Source: Cyclobacteriaceae bacterium (GTDB lineage: Bacteria; Bacteroidota; Bacteroidia; Cytophagales; Cyclobacteriaceae). Taken from it: 64,000 nucleotides of DNA. The DNA is taken from positions 7,826 through 71,825 of the forward strand of contig JAEUUI010000022.1 of the NCBI GenBank assembly GCA_016786585.1. The letters are read 5' to 3'. The notes below the pieces were generated by a model that worked only from the letters and a program-made list of their open reading frames with translations, was not told where the DNA came from and did not search any database. A program made the translations under genes and the position numbers. Below, in pieces: positions 10,121 to 20,546 of this stretch (position 1 is its first letter; every line of letters starts with the position of its first letter).

Positions 10121-11005
10121 ATGCCAAGTTTAAAGGAAGTTAAAAGCAGAATCGGGTCGGTTATTTCAACCCAGCAGATTACCAAAGCCATGAAAATGGT
10201 GGCGGCTGCAAAACTGCGTAAATCGCAGGACCGGATTACACAGATGCGTCCCTTTGCGCAGAAACTGTCGGCTATTCTGCAAAATCTTTCTTCTGCCCAG
10301 GAAGCAGGCAGCGACAACTGGTATTCGGTGAAACGCGAGGAGAAGAAAATTCTTATTGTGGCTATCAGTTCCGATCGCGGATTGTGCGGATCGTTTAACA
10401 GTACTGTATTTAAAGGTGTAAACAAACTGATTGCCGATAAGTACGAGCAACAATTCCGTAAAGGAGATGTAACTGTTCTGCCGTTAGGCAAGAAAGCGTT
10501 CGACTTTTTCGCAAAGCGTAAGGTTAGCGTGGTGGATAATTACGTGGGCACCATCGGTCAGATTTCTTATGAGAATGTTTCGGATGTGGCTGAATACCTG
10601 ATGGAGGCTTTCAAGAAAGGGACATTCGATAAAATTGAGATTGTATACAACGAATTTAAAAACGTTGCGACACAGATTTTAAGAACCGAGCAATTCCTTC
10701 CGGTTTTACCTCCGGCAAAGGCAAGCAAGTCGAAAGTAGAGGTTGATTACCTGTACGAACCAGGCAAAGAAGAAATCATCAAGGGTTTGATTCCCAAATC
10801 ACTGAAGATTCAGTTGTTCAAGGCAGTGCTGGATTCAAACGCCTCGGAAAACGGTGCGCGTATGACAGCTATGGATAAAGCAACGGAAAACGCAGGTGAA
10901 CTTTTAAAAGAACTTAAGCTTACCTACAACCGTTCCCGCCAGGCAGCGATCACGAAGGAAATCCTCGAGATCGTGGGTGGTGCCGAAGCGTTGAAATCTG
11001 CGTAA
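10121..11005 (+). CDS. atpG: F0F1 ATP synthase subunit gamma
   Basis: 294 aa. N-terminal MPSLKEVKSRIGSVISTQQITKAMKMVAAAKLRK and C-terminal LTYNRSRQAAITKEILEIVGGAEAL. Confidence 0.95.
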   Translation: MPSLKEVKSRIGSVISTQQITKAMKMVAAAKLRKSQDRITQMRPFAQKLSAILQNLSSAQEAGSDNWYSVKREEKKILIVAISSDRGLCGSFNSTVFKGVNKLIADKYEQQFRKGDVTVLPLGKKAFDFFAKRKVSVVDNYVGTIGQISYENVSDVAEYLMEAFKKGTFDKIEIVYNEFKNVATQILRTEQFLPVLPPAKASKSKVEVDYLYEPGKEEIIKGLIPKSLKIQLFKAVLDSNASENGARMTAMDKATENAGELLKELKLTYNRSRQAAITKEILEIVGGAEALKSA

Positions 11006-11031
11006 GCAAATCTGCAGGAAATGATAACTTT

Positions 11032-11067
11032 AAAGTCCTGGCCCCAACGGTCAGGACTTTTTGTTTT
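11032..11067 (+). terminator. Rho-independent terminator of the atp operon
   Basis: AAAGTCCTGGCC / GGTCAGGACTTT forms a 12-bp stem (one G-T) with a 5-nt loop, followed by TTTTTGTTTT. Confidence 0.7.
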
Positions 11068-11886
11068 ATGAATACGCCCGGTAAAGTCTATCGCTTGTTG
11101 AATGTGCTGAGCCTTGATGTTGCATTGGGTGCGGTTTGCTGTGCTGCGTGGTTTGCTAAAGGCTTTCAGGTTCAGCTTCGCCCGTATGCTTATTTAGCGC
11201 TTGGGTTAACCGTGTGGATCATTTATACGGCTGATCATTTGCTTGATGCCTCCAAGATTACCCGTGAGGCTTCTACGTATCGCCACCGGTTTCATCAAAA
11301 ACGTTTTAAAATATTGCTCACAATCATATTGCTGGCCGTGATTGTCGACTTCACGCTTTTATTCTTTATCCGGTTGAAGATTTTATATGCAGGCCTGGGG
11401 TTGTTTTCGATTGTGATTTTATACCTGCTTGTTAACCGGTGGCTGAGCTTTGCCAAAGAAATTGTTATTGCACTGGTATACAGCTGTGGAGTTCTATTAC
11501 CTGCGTTCTCGTTGAAACAAACTTCGCTTTCAATGTCGGACACGTTGTGGGTCGCCTCATTCTTTTTGACCACGCTGATCAATTTGATTTTATTTTCGGT
11601 ATATGATGCGCATTCCGATCAGGCCGATGGCAGCAACTCATTCGTGCTAACATTTGGCGAAGTATTCACCCGGAAAATTTTAAACGGTTTTTTTATTTTG
11701 CAGGCTGTGCTAATCGGAACGCTTGTTTACAAAGCGATGCTGCCGGTTAGTGTTGTTCTTTTTCTGATGAATGCAACCCTGCTCGTACTTTTTCTTAATC
11801 AACTTTTCTTCAGACAGTTTGACCGTTATAGGCTCTACGGAGATGTAATTTTTCTTTTCCCTGTCGTTTTACTGTATGTTGGGTAG
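11068..11886 (+). CDS. Polytopic membrane protein, UbiA-type prenyltransferase-like
   Basis: 272 aa with about 8 TM segments. Two Asp-rich motifs (YTADHLLD and YDAHSDQADG) resemble the UbiA DxxxD motifs. Confidence 0.6.
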   Translation: MNTPGKVYRLLNVLSLDVALGAVCCAAWFAKGFQVQLRPYAYLALGLTVWIIYTADHLLDASKITREASTYRHRFHQKRFKILLTIILLAVIVDFTLLFFIRLKILYAGLGLFSIVILYLLVNRWLSFAKEIVIALVYSCGVLLPAFSLKQTSLSMSDTLWVASFFLTTLINLILFSVYDAHSDQADGSNSFVLTFGEVFTRKILNGFFILQAVLIGTLVYKAMLPVSVVLFLMNATLLVLFLNQLFFRQFDRYRLYGDVIFLFPVVLLYVG

Positions 11887-12020
11887 TTTTTTACTCAAAA
11901 CACGCCTGAAAAACTTACAAAAAGTTACAAAATCTTATTTCAGCTATGGAGAATAGCCAAGACAAATTATCTTTAGAAGCCTTTATTTTAACCCATAGTC
12001 TACTCCACAAATAGGCTTCA

Positions 12021-13841
12021 TTGATGCACGATTTTATTCAACAATTGCCAGGAGTAATCTATGAAATCACCATCAGTGCAGATGGCTCCCGCAAGTTTAC
12101 ATTCATTAGTGCGAATAGTTTAGAGCTTCTTGGATTAAAGTCTGAGGAAGTGATGCGTAATCCAGGTGCGCTGGACAATATCATTATTCCGGAAGACCGT
12201 GAAGGGTTCAATGAATCGACCCGTGGCAATCGTAATCGCGAAGAATTGTGGACATGGGAAGGCCGGGTGCTTGTGCGGGACGAGGTACGATGGATAGAAG
12301 CACGCTCAAATTTCGAAAAGAGCGGTGCGGATACCATTCGAAGAGGTATCATCCTTGATATAACCGACCGGAAACACCGTGAGCAGGAAAGTGAGATCCG
12401 GTATCAGTTGTTAGTTGAACATCTTCCGCTGGGCGTTGGAGTACACGTGAACGGAAAATTTGTTTTCGCCAACCAGTATGCGCACAAAATTCTTGCCGCC
12501 AAACAAAATGAACTGATCGGAAAAAATATCATTGAGCTGGTCCATCCGGATTTTCGCCCTGCGGTATTGGAGCGCATGCAGAAACTTGTGCAGGGCGAAT
12601 CGCTTCCAATGATCGAGGAAAAGTATGTGCGGCTTGACGGAACAATCATCGATGTTGAAACGGTGGGCATACCCTTTATTTATAAGGGTGAAGCCGCTAA
12701 TCAGGTGATCATTCGCGATATCACCGATCGTAAAAAAGCAGAAGCAGCCAGCAAGAAAAATGAAACGTTGTTCACACAACTTTTCAACAGCACTCCGATG
12801 GGACTAGTAATGCTTGATGAGCAGGGAAAGGTTGAGCAGGTAAACAATGGTTTCCAGCTGATGTTCGGTTATCGTCCGCAGGAACTGAAAGGAAAAAACC
12901 TGAACGATTTTATTGTTCCGGAAACGTTAACCAACGAAGGGATTGACCTGAACAACATCATTGCTGCGAACGAGATTGTAAGTGTTGTTACCAAACGTCA
13001 GCATCGCGATGGTCACCTGGTGGATGTACTGATTTATGGTGTTCCGGTACTGCTGGACAATCGAACGATCAGTATCTATGGTGTTTATGTTGATATCACT
13101 GAACGCAGAAAGGTAGAGGAGGAGTTGAAGGTAAGAAATACCGAACTCGACAATTTTGTGTATAAAGTGTCGCACGATTTGCGCGCTCCGCTTTCGTCTA
13201 TTTTAGGATTGGTCAACCTCGCCAAACTTCCGGGTAATGACGACAACCCGATGGATTACATCAATATCATCGGAAGGAAAGTGGAGGATCTCGACCACTT
13301 TATCAGTGATGTGCTTAGCCATTCGAAAAACCTGAAGATGGAGGTAAGCATCACAAAAGTCGATTTCAACGGCATCATCTCGAAAACGTTCATGGACCTT
13401 AACTATCTCGAAGGCGCTTCCGATGTTCTCGTGTATCGCAGGGTTGAAGGCAAGGAGTTTTATGGCGACCGCTGGCGCATCTCTGAGATATTCAGAAATC
13501 TTGTTTCGAACGCAATTAAATACCGGCAGATAGGAGGCACAAAGCCTGAAATCCGGATTGAAATAGTTACCACTCCGTACGAGGCAACGATCATTTTCTC
13601 GGACAACGGAATCGGCATCGAAAAAAACGATCTGGCCAAAATCTTCGAGATGTTCTACCGGGCCACGGTACAGTCGGACGGCTCCGGAATAGGCCTCTAC
13701 ATCGTTAAAAATGCGGTTGAAAAACTTGGCGGAAGTATCTCGGTGACAAGCAAAGTTGGGTTTGGTACCACTTTTACTATTAAATTGCCGAATCGCACTG
13801 AAGAAAACGCATCGGGTAACACCGTTCAGTACGCGATGTAA
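12021..13841 (+). CDS. Cytoplasmic multi-PAS sensor histidine kinase
   Basis: 606 aa. Three PAS-like blocks, each ending in DITDRK/DITERRK. H-box VSHDLRAPL, N-box LVSNAIKY, G-boxes DNGIGI and GSGIGLYIV. The start may be the ATG at 12024. Confidence 0.9.
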   Translation: MMHDFIQQLPGVIYEITISADGSRKFTFISANSLELLGLKSEEVMRNPGALDNIIIPEDREGFNESTRGNRNREELWTWEGRVLVRDEVRWIEARSNFEKSGADTIRRGIILDITDRKHREQESEIRYQLLVEHLPLGVGVHVNGKFVFANQYAHKILAAKQNELIGKNIIELVHPDFRPAVLERMQKLVQGESLPMIEEKYVRLDGTIIDVETVGIPFIYKGEAANQVIIRDITDRKKAEAASKKNETLFTQLFNSTPMGLVMLDEQGKVEQVNNGFQLMFGYRPQELKGKNLNDFIVPETLTNEGIDLNNIIAANEIVSVVTKRQHRDGHLVDVLIYGVPVLLDNRTISIYGVYVDITERRKVEEELKVRNTELDNFVYKVSHDLRAPLSSILGLVNLAKLPGNDDNPMDYINIIGRKVEDLDHFISDVLSHSKNLKMEVSITKVDFNGIISKTFMDLNYLEGASDVLVYRRVEGKEFYGDRWRISEIFRNLVSNAIKYRQIGGTKPEIRIEIVTTPYEATIIFSDNGIGIEKNDLAKIFEMFYRATVQSDGSGIGLYIVKNAVEKLGGSISVTSKVGFGTTFTIKLPNRTEENASGNTVQYAM

Positions 13842-13846
13842 GAACT

Positions 13847-15016
13847 ATGAGAGCCATCGAGGTAAAGACGTCCCGGGAGATTCGCGAATTTTTAATGCTT
13901 CCGGTGAGGCTTTATAAGAATCATCCCCACTGGATTCAGCCCCTGAATAAAGACATTGAGTGGGTTTTCGACCCCAAAAAGAATAAGTTTTTTTCGCACG
14001 GTGAGTGTATCCGTTGGATACTGCAAAATGATGCCGGTGAGACCATCGGGCGGGTAGCAGCATTTATTGATAACAAGCTACTGAACAAGGGTAACGATCA
14101 GCCGACAGGCGGAATGGGCTTCTTCGAGTGCATCCACGATCAAAAAGCAGCTTTCATGCTTTTCGATTTATGTAAAGAATGGTTGCAGGCAAGAGGCGTT
14201 GAAGCAATGGACGGGCCGATCAATTTCGGGCCGCGCGACCGGTGGTGGGGCCTGTTGATTGAAGGTTACAACCTTGAGCCTAATTACCAGTGCAATTATA
14301 ACTTCCAGTACTACAAAGACTTTTTCGAAGCCTACGGCTTCCAGGTTTATTTCTATCAGCTTACGTATGGACGAAAGATGATGGAACCGTTGTCGGATAA
14401 ACTCTGGCATAAATTCGAAGTGGTTGCCGAAGACCCGGATTACACGTTCGACTACTACCGTAGCGGAAATCTCGACAAGCTTGCTGATGACATTCGCTCG
14501 GTTTATAACCGCGCATGGGCAAAGCGTGGCGAAACTCCCGAACTATCGCAGGCACAGGCACGTAACATGGTCCGGCAGATGAAGCCGGTCATGGACAAGC
14601 ATTTGGTTTGGTTCGGGTATTATAAAGGAGAACCGATTTCATTTTTTATCTCAATCCCTGAGCTTAACCAGATTTTCAAACACCTGGGCGGAAAACTTAA
14701 CTTCTGGGGTAAGCTGAAATTTGTATGGCATCAGTGGCGCAAGACAAGCCGGAAGGCATTTGGCATTTTATTCGGTATTGTGCCCGAACATCACGGAAAA
14801 GGTGTGGATGGCGGAATGATTTTAGGTTTCCGCAAACTGGTGCAGGAAGAATATCTGCGTTACGAGGATTACGAGTTCGGCTGGATTGGTGATTTCAACC
14901 CAAAGATGATGCGTGTGTCCGAGCAGGTTCAAACCCGCATTGTAAAAAAGCACGCCACGTACCGTAAGCTTTTTGACGAAACCAAGCCGTTCAAGCGTAT
15001 GCCGATTATCGGCTAG
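13847..15016 (+). CDS. Conserved hypothetical protein, possible GNAT-fold acyltransferase
   Basis: 389-aa ORF 5 nt after the kinase gene. The segment GIVPEHHGKGVDGGMILGF resembles the GNAT acetyl-CoA loop. Family assignment is weak. Confidence 0.6.
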   Translation: MRAIEVKTSREIREFLMLPVRLYKNHPHWIQPLNKDIEWVFDPKKNKFFSHGECIRWILQNDAGETIGRVAAFIDNKLLNKGNDQPTGGMGFFECIHDQKAAFMLFDLCKEWLQARGVEAMDGPINFGPRDRWWGLLIEGYNLEPNYQCNYNFQYYKDFFEAYGFQVYFYQLTYGRKMMEPLSDKLWHKFEVVAEDPDYTFDYYRSGNLDKLADDIRSVYNRAWAKRGETPELSQAQARNMVRQMKPVMDKHLVWFGYYKGEPISFFISIPELNQIFKHLGGKLNFWGKLKFVWHQWRKTSRKAFGILFGIVPEHHGKGVDGGMILGFRKLVQEEYLRYEDYEFGWIGDFNPKMMRVSEQVQTRIVKKHATYRKLFDETKPFKRMPIIG

Positions 15017-15060
15017 AAACAAATTTCAAAAGTTTATCAATCGGGATCACCCCTTAATTC

Positions 15061-16311
15061 ATGCCGGTTTCCGATCCATATGCAGCCTTGCGAATACCTG
15101 AATATCTCAGGTTCATTTCTGCGCGTGTTTTTATAACGATTGCCATTCAGATTCAGGCCGTTGTAGTGGGTTGGCAGGTTTATGAACTGACCAAAGATCC
15201 GCTTTCATTAGGATTGATCGGCTTGGCGGAGGCGTTACCCTCAATTGCCGTTTCAATTTTAGGCGCAGGCCATGTGGCAGACTTTGTTCATCGCAAGAAG
15301 ATTATTGTCATCACGGTTACTGCATTGCTGGGCTGCTCTATGGCCTTGCTTTTGTTTACAACGGATCCGGGAGCATTTGTATTCAAATGGGGAGTCGTTC
15401 CGATCTACTCGGTGATCTTCGTTAGCGGAATTGCACGAGGCTTTTTGTCGCCCGCGGTGTTTTCATTTATGCCGCAGCTCGTTCCGCGTGAGCTGTATCA
15501 GAATGCGATCACCTGGAACAGTACCTTGTGGGAAGCAGCGTCCATCACCGGACCAGCCATCGGGGGATTGGTGTACGGTTTTTTTGGAATCACAGCTGCC
15601 TATGCGTTAGACGCTTCGCTTGTACTTGCAGGGTTAACGTTGATATTTTTCATTCAAAAGAAACCACTGCCGCCACCGGCTGACGAAGAAGCGGGTGTAC
15701 TCAATAAACTTACCGCGGGATTTCGCTTTGTGTTTCAGAATAAACTTATCCTGAGCGCTATTACGTTGGATTTGTTCGCGGTATTTTTTGGTGGCGCAGT
15801 AGCGTTACTTCCATTTTTTGCAGATGAGATCTTGCACGTTGGTGCTGTGGGCCTTGGGTTTTTACGATGTGCGCCATCGATTGGCGCGGTGCTTATGGCA
15901 TTTTACATCACACACTATCCAATCCGGAGAAACATGGGAAAAACGCTTCTTTGGGCTGTTGCCGGCTTTGGAGCGTGTATGATTTGTTTTGCGATTTCCG
16001 AAAACTTCTGGCTTTCGCTGGGCCTGCTGATCCTGAGCGGAGTATTCGATTGTGTGAGCGTGATCATTCGCGGGAGTCTCATGCAAACGCTGACACCCGA
16101 AAACATGAAGGGCCGCGTATCGGCCGTCAACTATATTTTTATCGGTTCCTCGAATGAGCTCGGTATGGTGGAATCAGGCTTTGCGGCCAAACTTTTTGGA
16201 TTGATTCCATCCGTAATTTTCGGAGGGCTTATGACAATCGGAGTTGTTGCGGCAACCGCCGGGCTGAGCAAGTCGCTCAGGCAACTGCAAAATCTCGACA
16301 AGGAAACTTAA
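15061..16311 (+). CDS. MFS transporter
   Basis: 416 aa, about 12 TM segments, and the 2-3 loop motif GHVADFVHRKK. Confidence 0.85.
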   Translation: MPVSDPYAALRIPEYLRFISARVFITIAIQIQAVVVGWQVYELTKDPLSLGLIGLAEALPSIAVSILGAGHVADFVHRKKIIVITVTALLGCSMALLLFTTDPGAFVFKWGVVPIYSVIFVSGIARGFLSPAVFSFMPQLVPRELYQNAITWNSTLWEAASITGPAIGGLVYGFFGITAAYALDASLVLAGLTLIFFIQKKPLPPPADEEAGVLNKLTAGFRFVFQNKLILSAITLDLFAVFFGGAVALLPFFADEILHVGAVGLGFLRCAPSIGAVLMAFYITHYPIRRNMGKTLLWAVAGFGACMICFAISENFWLSLGLLILSGVFDCVSVIIRGSLMQTLTPENMKGRVSAVNYIFIGSSNELGMVESGFAAKLFGLIPSVIFGGLMTIGVVAATAGLSKSLRQLQNLDKET

Positions 16312-17597
16312 GATGCTGCAATCTTGAGAACTGCTTCTACGAAGCGGTCAAGATCTTTTATTGTCGTATACACGTGTGGCGTAACACGAACCCCGTTGAT
16401 GTTCTCCCATTTCACGGTTGTCGTGTGAATTTGAAACTCGTTCATCAGCCTGCCGCCAACTTCACCTGAATCAATACCTTCGATATAAAAGTTACCAAGG
16501 GCACAAGAGAACTCCGGCTTCAAGGAAATATTCAGCTTCACGCGCGGATTCTTCGTCACCTTTTCGGCCCAATAATTTTTCAGGTAGCGAAGACGTTCTT
16601 CTTTTCTTTTTGTGCCGATTGCATTTTGGAAATCGATCGCCTGACCGATCGCCTGTTCAGGAGCAAACGACCGGGTGCCGAGTGTTTCAAATTTCCGGAT
16701 GTCGGCAATCTGTGGTTTATCATTTGGAAAGAGCGGCCACAATCCGCCAATGTTCTCTTTTTTCACGCGAAGCATTCCCGTTCCAAACGGAGCGCATAGC
16801 CATTTATGCAGACTGGTTCCGAAATAATCCGGATCGAAATCAGAAATTTTATAATCGAGATGTGCAAATGTGTGGGCACCGTCAACGAGCGAAATAATGT
16901 TACGCTTGCGGGCTTCTTCACATAATTTCTTCACCGGAAATAACTGGCCCGTCCAGTTAATCATGTGGGTGATATGCCAGATTTTTGTTTTTGATGTCGT
17001 TGCGTTGATGAATTCATTTACAATCTGATCTTCACTTTCAATCGGCAACTGGAAGTTCAGCCATTTGATTTTTATACCATCGCGCATTTCCTTTTGTTTC
17101 CATGCCTGAATCATGTTGGGGTAATCCTGTTTTGTCATGATGATCTCGTCACCTTTTGAAAGCGTTAATCCCCACGTAACCGTTGCCATTGCTTCGGTTG
17201 TGTTTCGGTTGATCGCTACTTCATCCGGAGAGCATCCGGCAAGGTCGGCCAGCTTTCTGCGCACAGCTTCACGGCCTTTGTCGAGAATCTGCCACATATA
17301 ATACGATGGCGCCTCGTTACTTAACTGGTAGTAGCGGTTAACGGCATCCTGCACGACTTTCGGTTGCGGGCTAACTCCGCCATTATTCAGGTTTAAAATG
17401 TTAGGCGACACAGTGTATGATTGTGCCATTCGTGCCCACAACTCTTCATCGGTTGCTGCCTCGAGCGGAGAAAGCTTGTTGAGTGAGACCATTGCATCCG
17501 ATACATCTTCTGCAAGCGCAGCTTGTACAAACGGAGTGAGGGTAAGCAAACCAGTCGCACCCAGTGTTTTCTGAAAGAACGATCTGCGTGATGTCAT
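16308..17597 (-). CDS. Class V aminotransferase-fold PLP enzyme with twin-arginine (Tat) signal
   Basis: 429 aa. N-terminus MTSRRSFFQKTLGATGLLTLTPFVQAALA. PLP-lysine region GTSLHKWLCAPFGTG. Resembles the isopenicillin-N epimerase / cysteine desulfurase family. Confidence 0.85.
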   Translation of the reverse strand: MTSRRSFFQKTLGATGLLTLTPFVQAALAEDVSDAMVSLNKLSPLEAATDEELWARMAQSYTVSPNILNLNNGGVSPQPKVVQDAVNRYYQLSNEAPSYYMWQILDKGREAVRRKLADLAGCSPDEVAINRNTTEAMATVTWGLTLSKGDEIIMTKQDYPNMIQAWKQKEMRDGIKIKWLNFQLPIESEDQIVNEFINATTSKTKIWHITHMINWTGQLFPVKKLCEEARKRNIISLVDGAHTFAHLDYKISDFDPDYFGTSLHKWLCAPFGTGMLRVKKENIGGLWPLFPNDKPQIADIRKFETLGTRSFAPEQAIGQAIDFQNAIGTKRKEERLRYLKNYWAEKVTKNPRVKLNISLKPEFSCALGNFYIEGIDSGEVGGRLMNEFQIHTTTVKWENINGVRVTPHVYTTIKDLDRFVEAVLKIAAS

Positions 17598-17644
17598 ACG
17601 GAGGAAGATTAGGAAAGTAAGATAAGGTTTTTGAAGTGAAAACC

Positions 17645-18178
17645 TCAGCGAATTTGTTCCACTGCTGCAATAGCGGCTGCTCTGCGGTCAGCATATTCCC
17701 CGCGGATCACCCGGAAGTTGACGTCTGATTTTTTCAACGCGTTATAATACAAATCAAAAAGTTCCTGTCGCTTGTGCGGATGTTCACGCAACGGATCATC
17801 CTCCCAGGGCAGATCAATATTTGTTAATAAGTGAAGATCATACTTCTGTTGCTGCATCAGTTGTAATATCTCCGGGTCGCAGGTGTGGTATTTAAACTCA
17901 CTCCATATTTTGATGACCAGCAGGGTGGTGTCGCAAAACACAAATTGGTTTGCCTGTTGTGCGATTGCGTTTTCACTTTGCACCTGACCATTTGCAATGG
18001 TTACCAGGTCAGATTGATGATACGATCGCCCGAGATGTTCAAGATACTCGCGTGCAAACTCCGGTACCCAAACCGTATTATAATGATCAGCCAGAAAGCG
18101 GGCTAAATCCGTCTTGCCTGTGCATTCAGGCCCCACAATGGCGATCCTTCTTACCTTCGGGCTGATTTCCGTATCCAT
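17645..18178 (-). CDS. P-loop ATPase, NadR-type (ribosylnicotinamide kinase-like)
   Basis: 177 aa. Walker A GPECTGKT, then VWVPEFAREYL, typical of the NadR C-terminal kinase domain. Confidence 0.7.
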   Translation of the reverse strand: MDTEISPKVRRIAIVGPECTGKTDLARFLADHYNTVWVPEFAREYLEHLGRSYHQSDLVTIANGQVQSENAIAQQANQFVFCDTTLLVIKIWSEFKYHTCDPEILQLMQQQKYDLHLLTNIDLPWEDDPLREHPHKRQELFDLYYNALKKSDVNFRVIRGEYADRRAAAIAAVEQIR

Positions 18179-18254
18179 AGGGCGAAAATGATCTATATTT
18201 TCTTAAAAGTATAACGATCATTATCTTTCTGAAATCTTCAACTAAAGAAGCTAC

Positions 18255-19754
18255 GTGAAAAGAAGAGAAGCACTCAAAAACCTTGGGATGGGCGTTACGG
18301 CAGGCCTTGTTTTACCAGCCTGGTTAACGGCATGTTCGGATGATTCGAACGGCCCCGAGGTTAAATATGATGGTGTTGTTGGTATTGTGGGTGCCGGTGC
18401 GGCCGGACTGGCGGTTGCTGATTATCTTATTTCGAAAGGGATCAAGGTTAAAATTTTTGAAGCGTCAGGAAGAATTGGCGGAAGAATAAAGGCTATTAAA
18501 CCTTCGGACCCAATTTATAATGAACTTGCAGCCGATTTTCATGTTGAACTTGGAGCTGATCGGATTTTCGGCACCGATTCGGAGTTCGGAAATCTCATTA
18601 AGCTGTTAAAAGTTCCTACCGTTAAGTTTCGCGAAGAACCTACGAATGCACAAGATTACTACATCATCAATGATGAATACTCTACGCAGGCGGAAGCAGA
18701 AGCACGGGGCGACTTTCAGGCATTAAAAATCTTTAGGGAAACCGGTCTTGCAGCGTATACCGGTGGAGGTTCGGTTCAGGATGCGGCAGCTACAACCTCT
18801 GATCTGCAACCTATTCTTAACTCATGGTTGGGAAATGCCTATGGATCTTCGGCTGACCGCATTGGGGCAAATGCATTGGGTGAGGCGCTTTCGCTAATCG
18901 AACACGATAAAAAAGAGTTCATGCTGGTGACAAACCCGATTAGTGATGTTCTCACTTCAAAGTATGCGCGAGCGCTTAAACGGGTAACGCTTAACAGCGC
19001 GATTAAGGCAGTAAATTATTCGGGCGCTGGCGTAACGCTGACGGTTTTAGACACCGATGCCAACACGGAAAGCACGGTAGAGGTTACCAAGCTGGTAGTA
19101 ACATCGCCTGTTAATGTGCTGAAAGATTCATCGCTCATTAGCTTCTCTCCGGCGTTGCCGGCTTCAAAAACAAGTGCGTTAAGCCGCATCGGCATGGATG
19201 CATCCATCCGGATTATTCTGGAGTTTACACGCAATAACTTTTTCAAAAAGCCTGATGGCACTGGCCCGGCCCCCGCGTTTATTTACGGGGGTGTAGAATG
19301 TCCTTCTTACTTCTTTTCAGGCGTAGGCCGCAGCGACAAGAATCTGACGGTAAGTCTTACGATCAATGGACCCAAAGCGGAAGAGCTGCGCGCACTGGCA
19401 ACTGACGATGAACGAATCCAGCGGATACTCGATGAAATGGATGTTGTATTCGATGGCAAGGCATCACTGAACATCCGCAAACGCTTTCCGGAAGATGGAG
19501 GAACAATTATTTCCGTTATTAAAGACTGGACAGCGGAGCCCTATATCCTGGGCGGACAATCGTATCCACTTGTAGGCGGAACAAATGATGACCGTGTAGC
19601 GCTTGCTGAACCAATTGCCGATAAGATTTTTTTCGCAGGTGAAGCAACCGATGTTACCGGTGAGTTTGGAACCATCAGTGGTGCAATAAAATCCGGTGAG
19701 CGGGCGGCCGAAGAGGTTGTCGCTGCAATTCTGGAAGAGAACGCATCAGCGTAG
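18255..19754 (+). CDS. FAD-dependent amine oxidase with Tat/lipoprotein signal
   Basis: 499 aa with GTG start. N-terminus MKRREALKNLGMGVTAGLVLPAWLTAC. Dinucleotide fold VGIVGAGAAGLAVADYL...FEASGRIGGR. C-terminal FFAGEAT motif of flavin amine oxidases. Confidence 0.85.
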   Translation: MKRREALKNLGMGVTAGLVLPAWLTACSDDSNGPEVKYDGVVGIVGAGAAGLAVADYLISKGIKVKIFEASGRIGGRIKAIKPSDPIYNELAADFHVELGADRIFGTDSEFGNLIKLLKVPTVKFREEPTNAQDYYIINDEYSTQAEAEARGDFQALKIFRETGLAAYTGGGSVQDAAATTSDLQPILNSWLGNAYGSSADRIGANALGEALSLIEHDKKEFMLVTNPISDVLTSKYARALKRVTLNSAIKAVNYSGAGVTLTVLDTDANTESTVEVTKLVVTSPVNVLKDSSLISFSPALPASKTSALSRIGMDASIRIILEFTRNNFFKKPDGTGPAPAFIYGGVECPSYFFSGVGRSDKNLTVSLTINGPKAEELRALATDDERIQRILDEMDVVFDGKASLNIRKRFPEDGGTIISVIKDWTAEPYILGGQSYPLVGGTNDDRVALAEPIADKIFFAGEATDVTGEFGTISGAIKSGERAAEEVVAAILEENASA

Positions 19755-20531
19755 TTCGCGGAACAATATCCAGCAACCCATAATCAGTACAAACCATCCG
19801 AAGCTCTTTCGAAGCACAGCGGCCGATATTTTTTTGGAGATTCTGTCGCCAATGAGAATGCCGATAACAGACAAGGCAGTAATTGACAATAAAAATTTCC
19901 AATCCATGGAGTAGTTCAGCACATCACCCATGAAACCAACCAGGGAATTAATGGCGATGATGAACAGGGAGGTTCCTACGGCAGTTTTAAACGGCAGTCC
20001 GGTGAGCAACACCAGCGCGGGTATGATGAGAAATCCGCCTCCGGCTCCAACCAAGCCCGTTAAAAATCCGATGATGATTCCTTCAATAATTACGAGCACT
20101 ACCCGAAACCGGTGATTATCATTTGAAATCTCCTTGCTTCCGCGGATCATTGAAATGGAAGCCAGAATCATCAGTACCGAAAATATGCCGAGAATCAGGA
20201 ATCGTTTCGTTAGCGTAAACGATTCGCTTTGATGGATAATTTCAGGTATGGAAGGTACAATCCATTTCCGGGTGCAGAAGATGGTAACGATCGAAGGCAA
20301 GCCGAAAAAGAAACCGGTTCGAAGGTTTACCAAATGTTTCTTGTATTTGGGTATTGCACCAACGAACGAAGTCGTGCCTACAATAAACAACGAATAGGCG
20401 GATGCCATCACTACATCTACATGTAATAGATAAACCAAAATCGGGATGGAAAGGATAGAACCTCCACCGCCAAGAATTCCCAGAATTATTCCGATACAAA
20501 TACACGCAGCATACCCGATAATCTCCATCAT
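19746..20531 (-). CDS. TauE/SafE family sulfite-exporter-like membrane protein
   Basis: 261 aa with 7-8 TM segments. The motif GGGG(S/F)(I/L)xIP occurs in both halves (GILGGGGSILSIP and GLVGAGGGFLIIP). Confidence 0.85.
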   Translation of the reverse strand: MMEIIGYAACICIGIILGILGGGGSILSIPILVYLLHVDVVMASAYSLFIVGTTSFVGAIPKYKKHLVNLRTGFFFGLPSIVTIFCTRKWIVPSIPEIIHQSESFTLTKRFLILGIFSVLMILASISMIRGSKEISNDNHRFRVVLVIIEGIIIGFLTGLVGAGGGFLIIPALVLLTGLPFKTAVGTSLFIIAINSLVGFMGDVLNYSMDWKFLLSITALSVIGILIGDRISKKISAAVLRKSFGWFVLIMGCWILFRELR

Positions 20532-20546
20532 GATTGCGCTGCTGCG

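Noticed and set aside
11946-12014. 22-codon ORF (MENSQDKLSLEAFILTHSLLHK) just upstream of the PAS kinase as a leader peptide or frameshifted N-terminus
   Set aside because: No attenuator structure or frameshift-prone run connects it to the kinase frame. An ORF this short is expected by chance.
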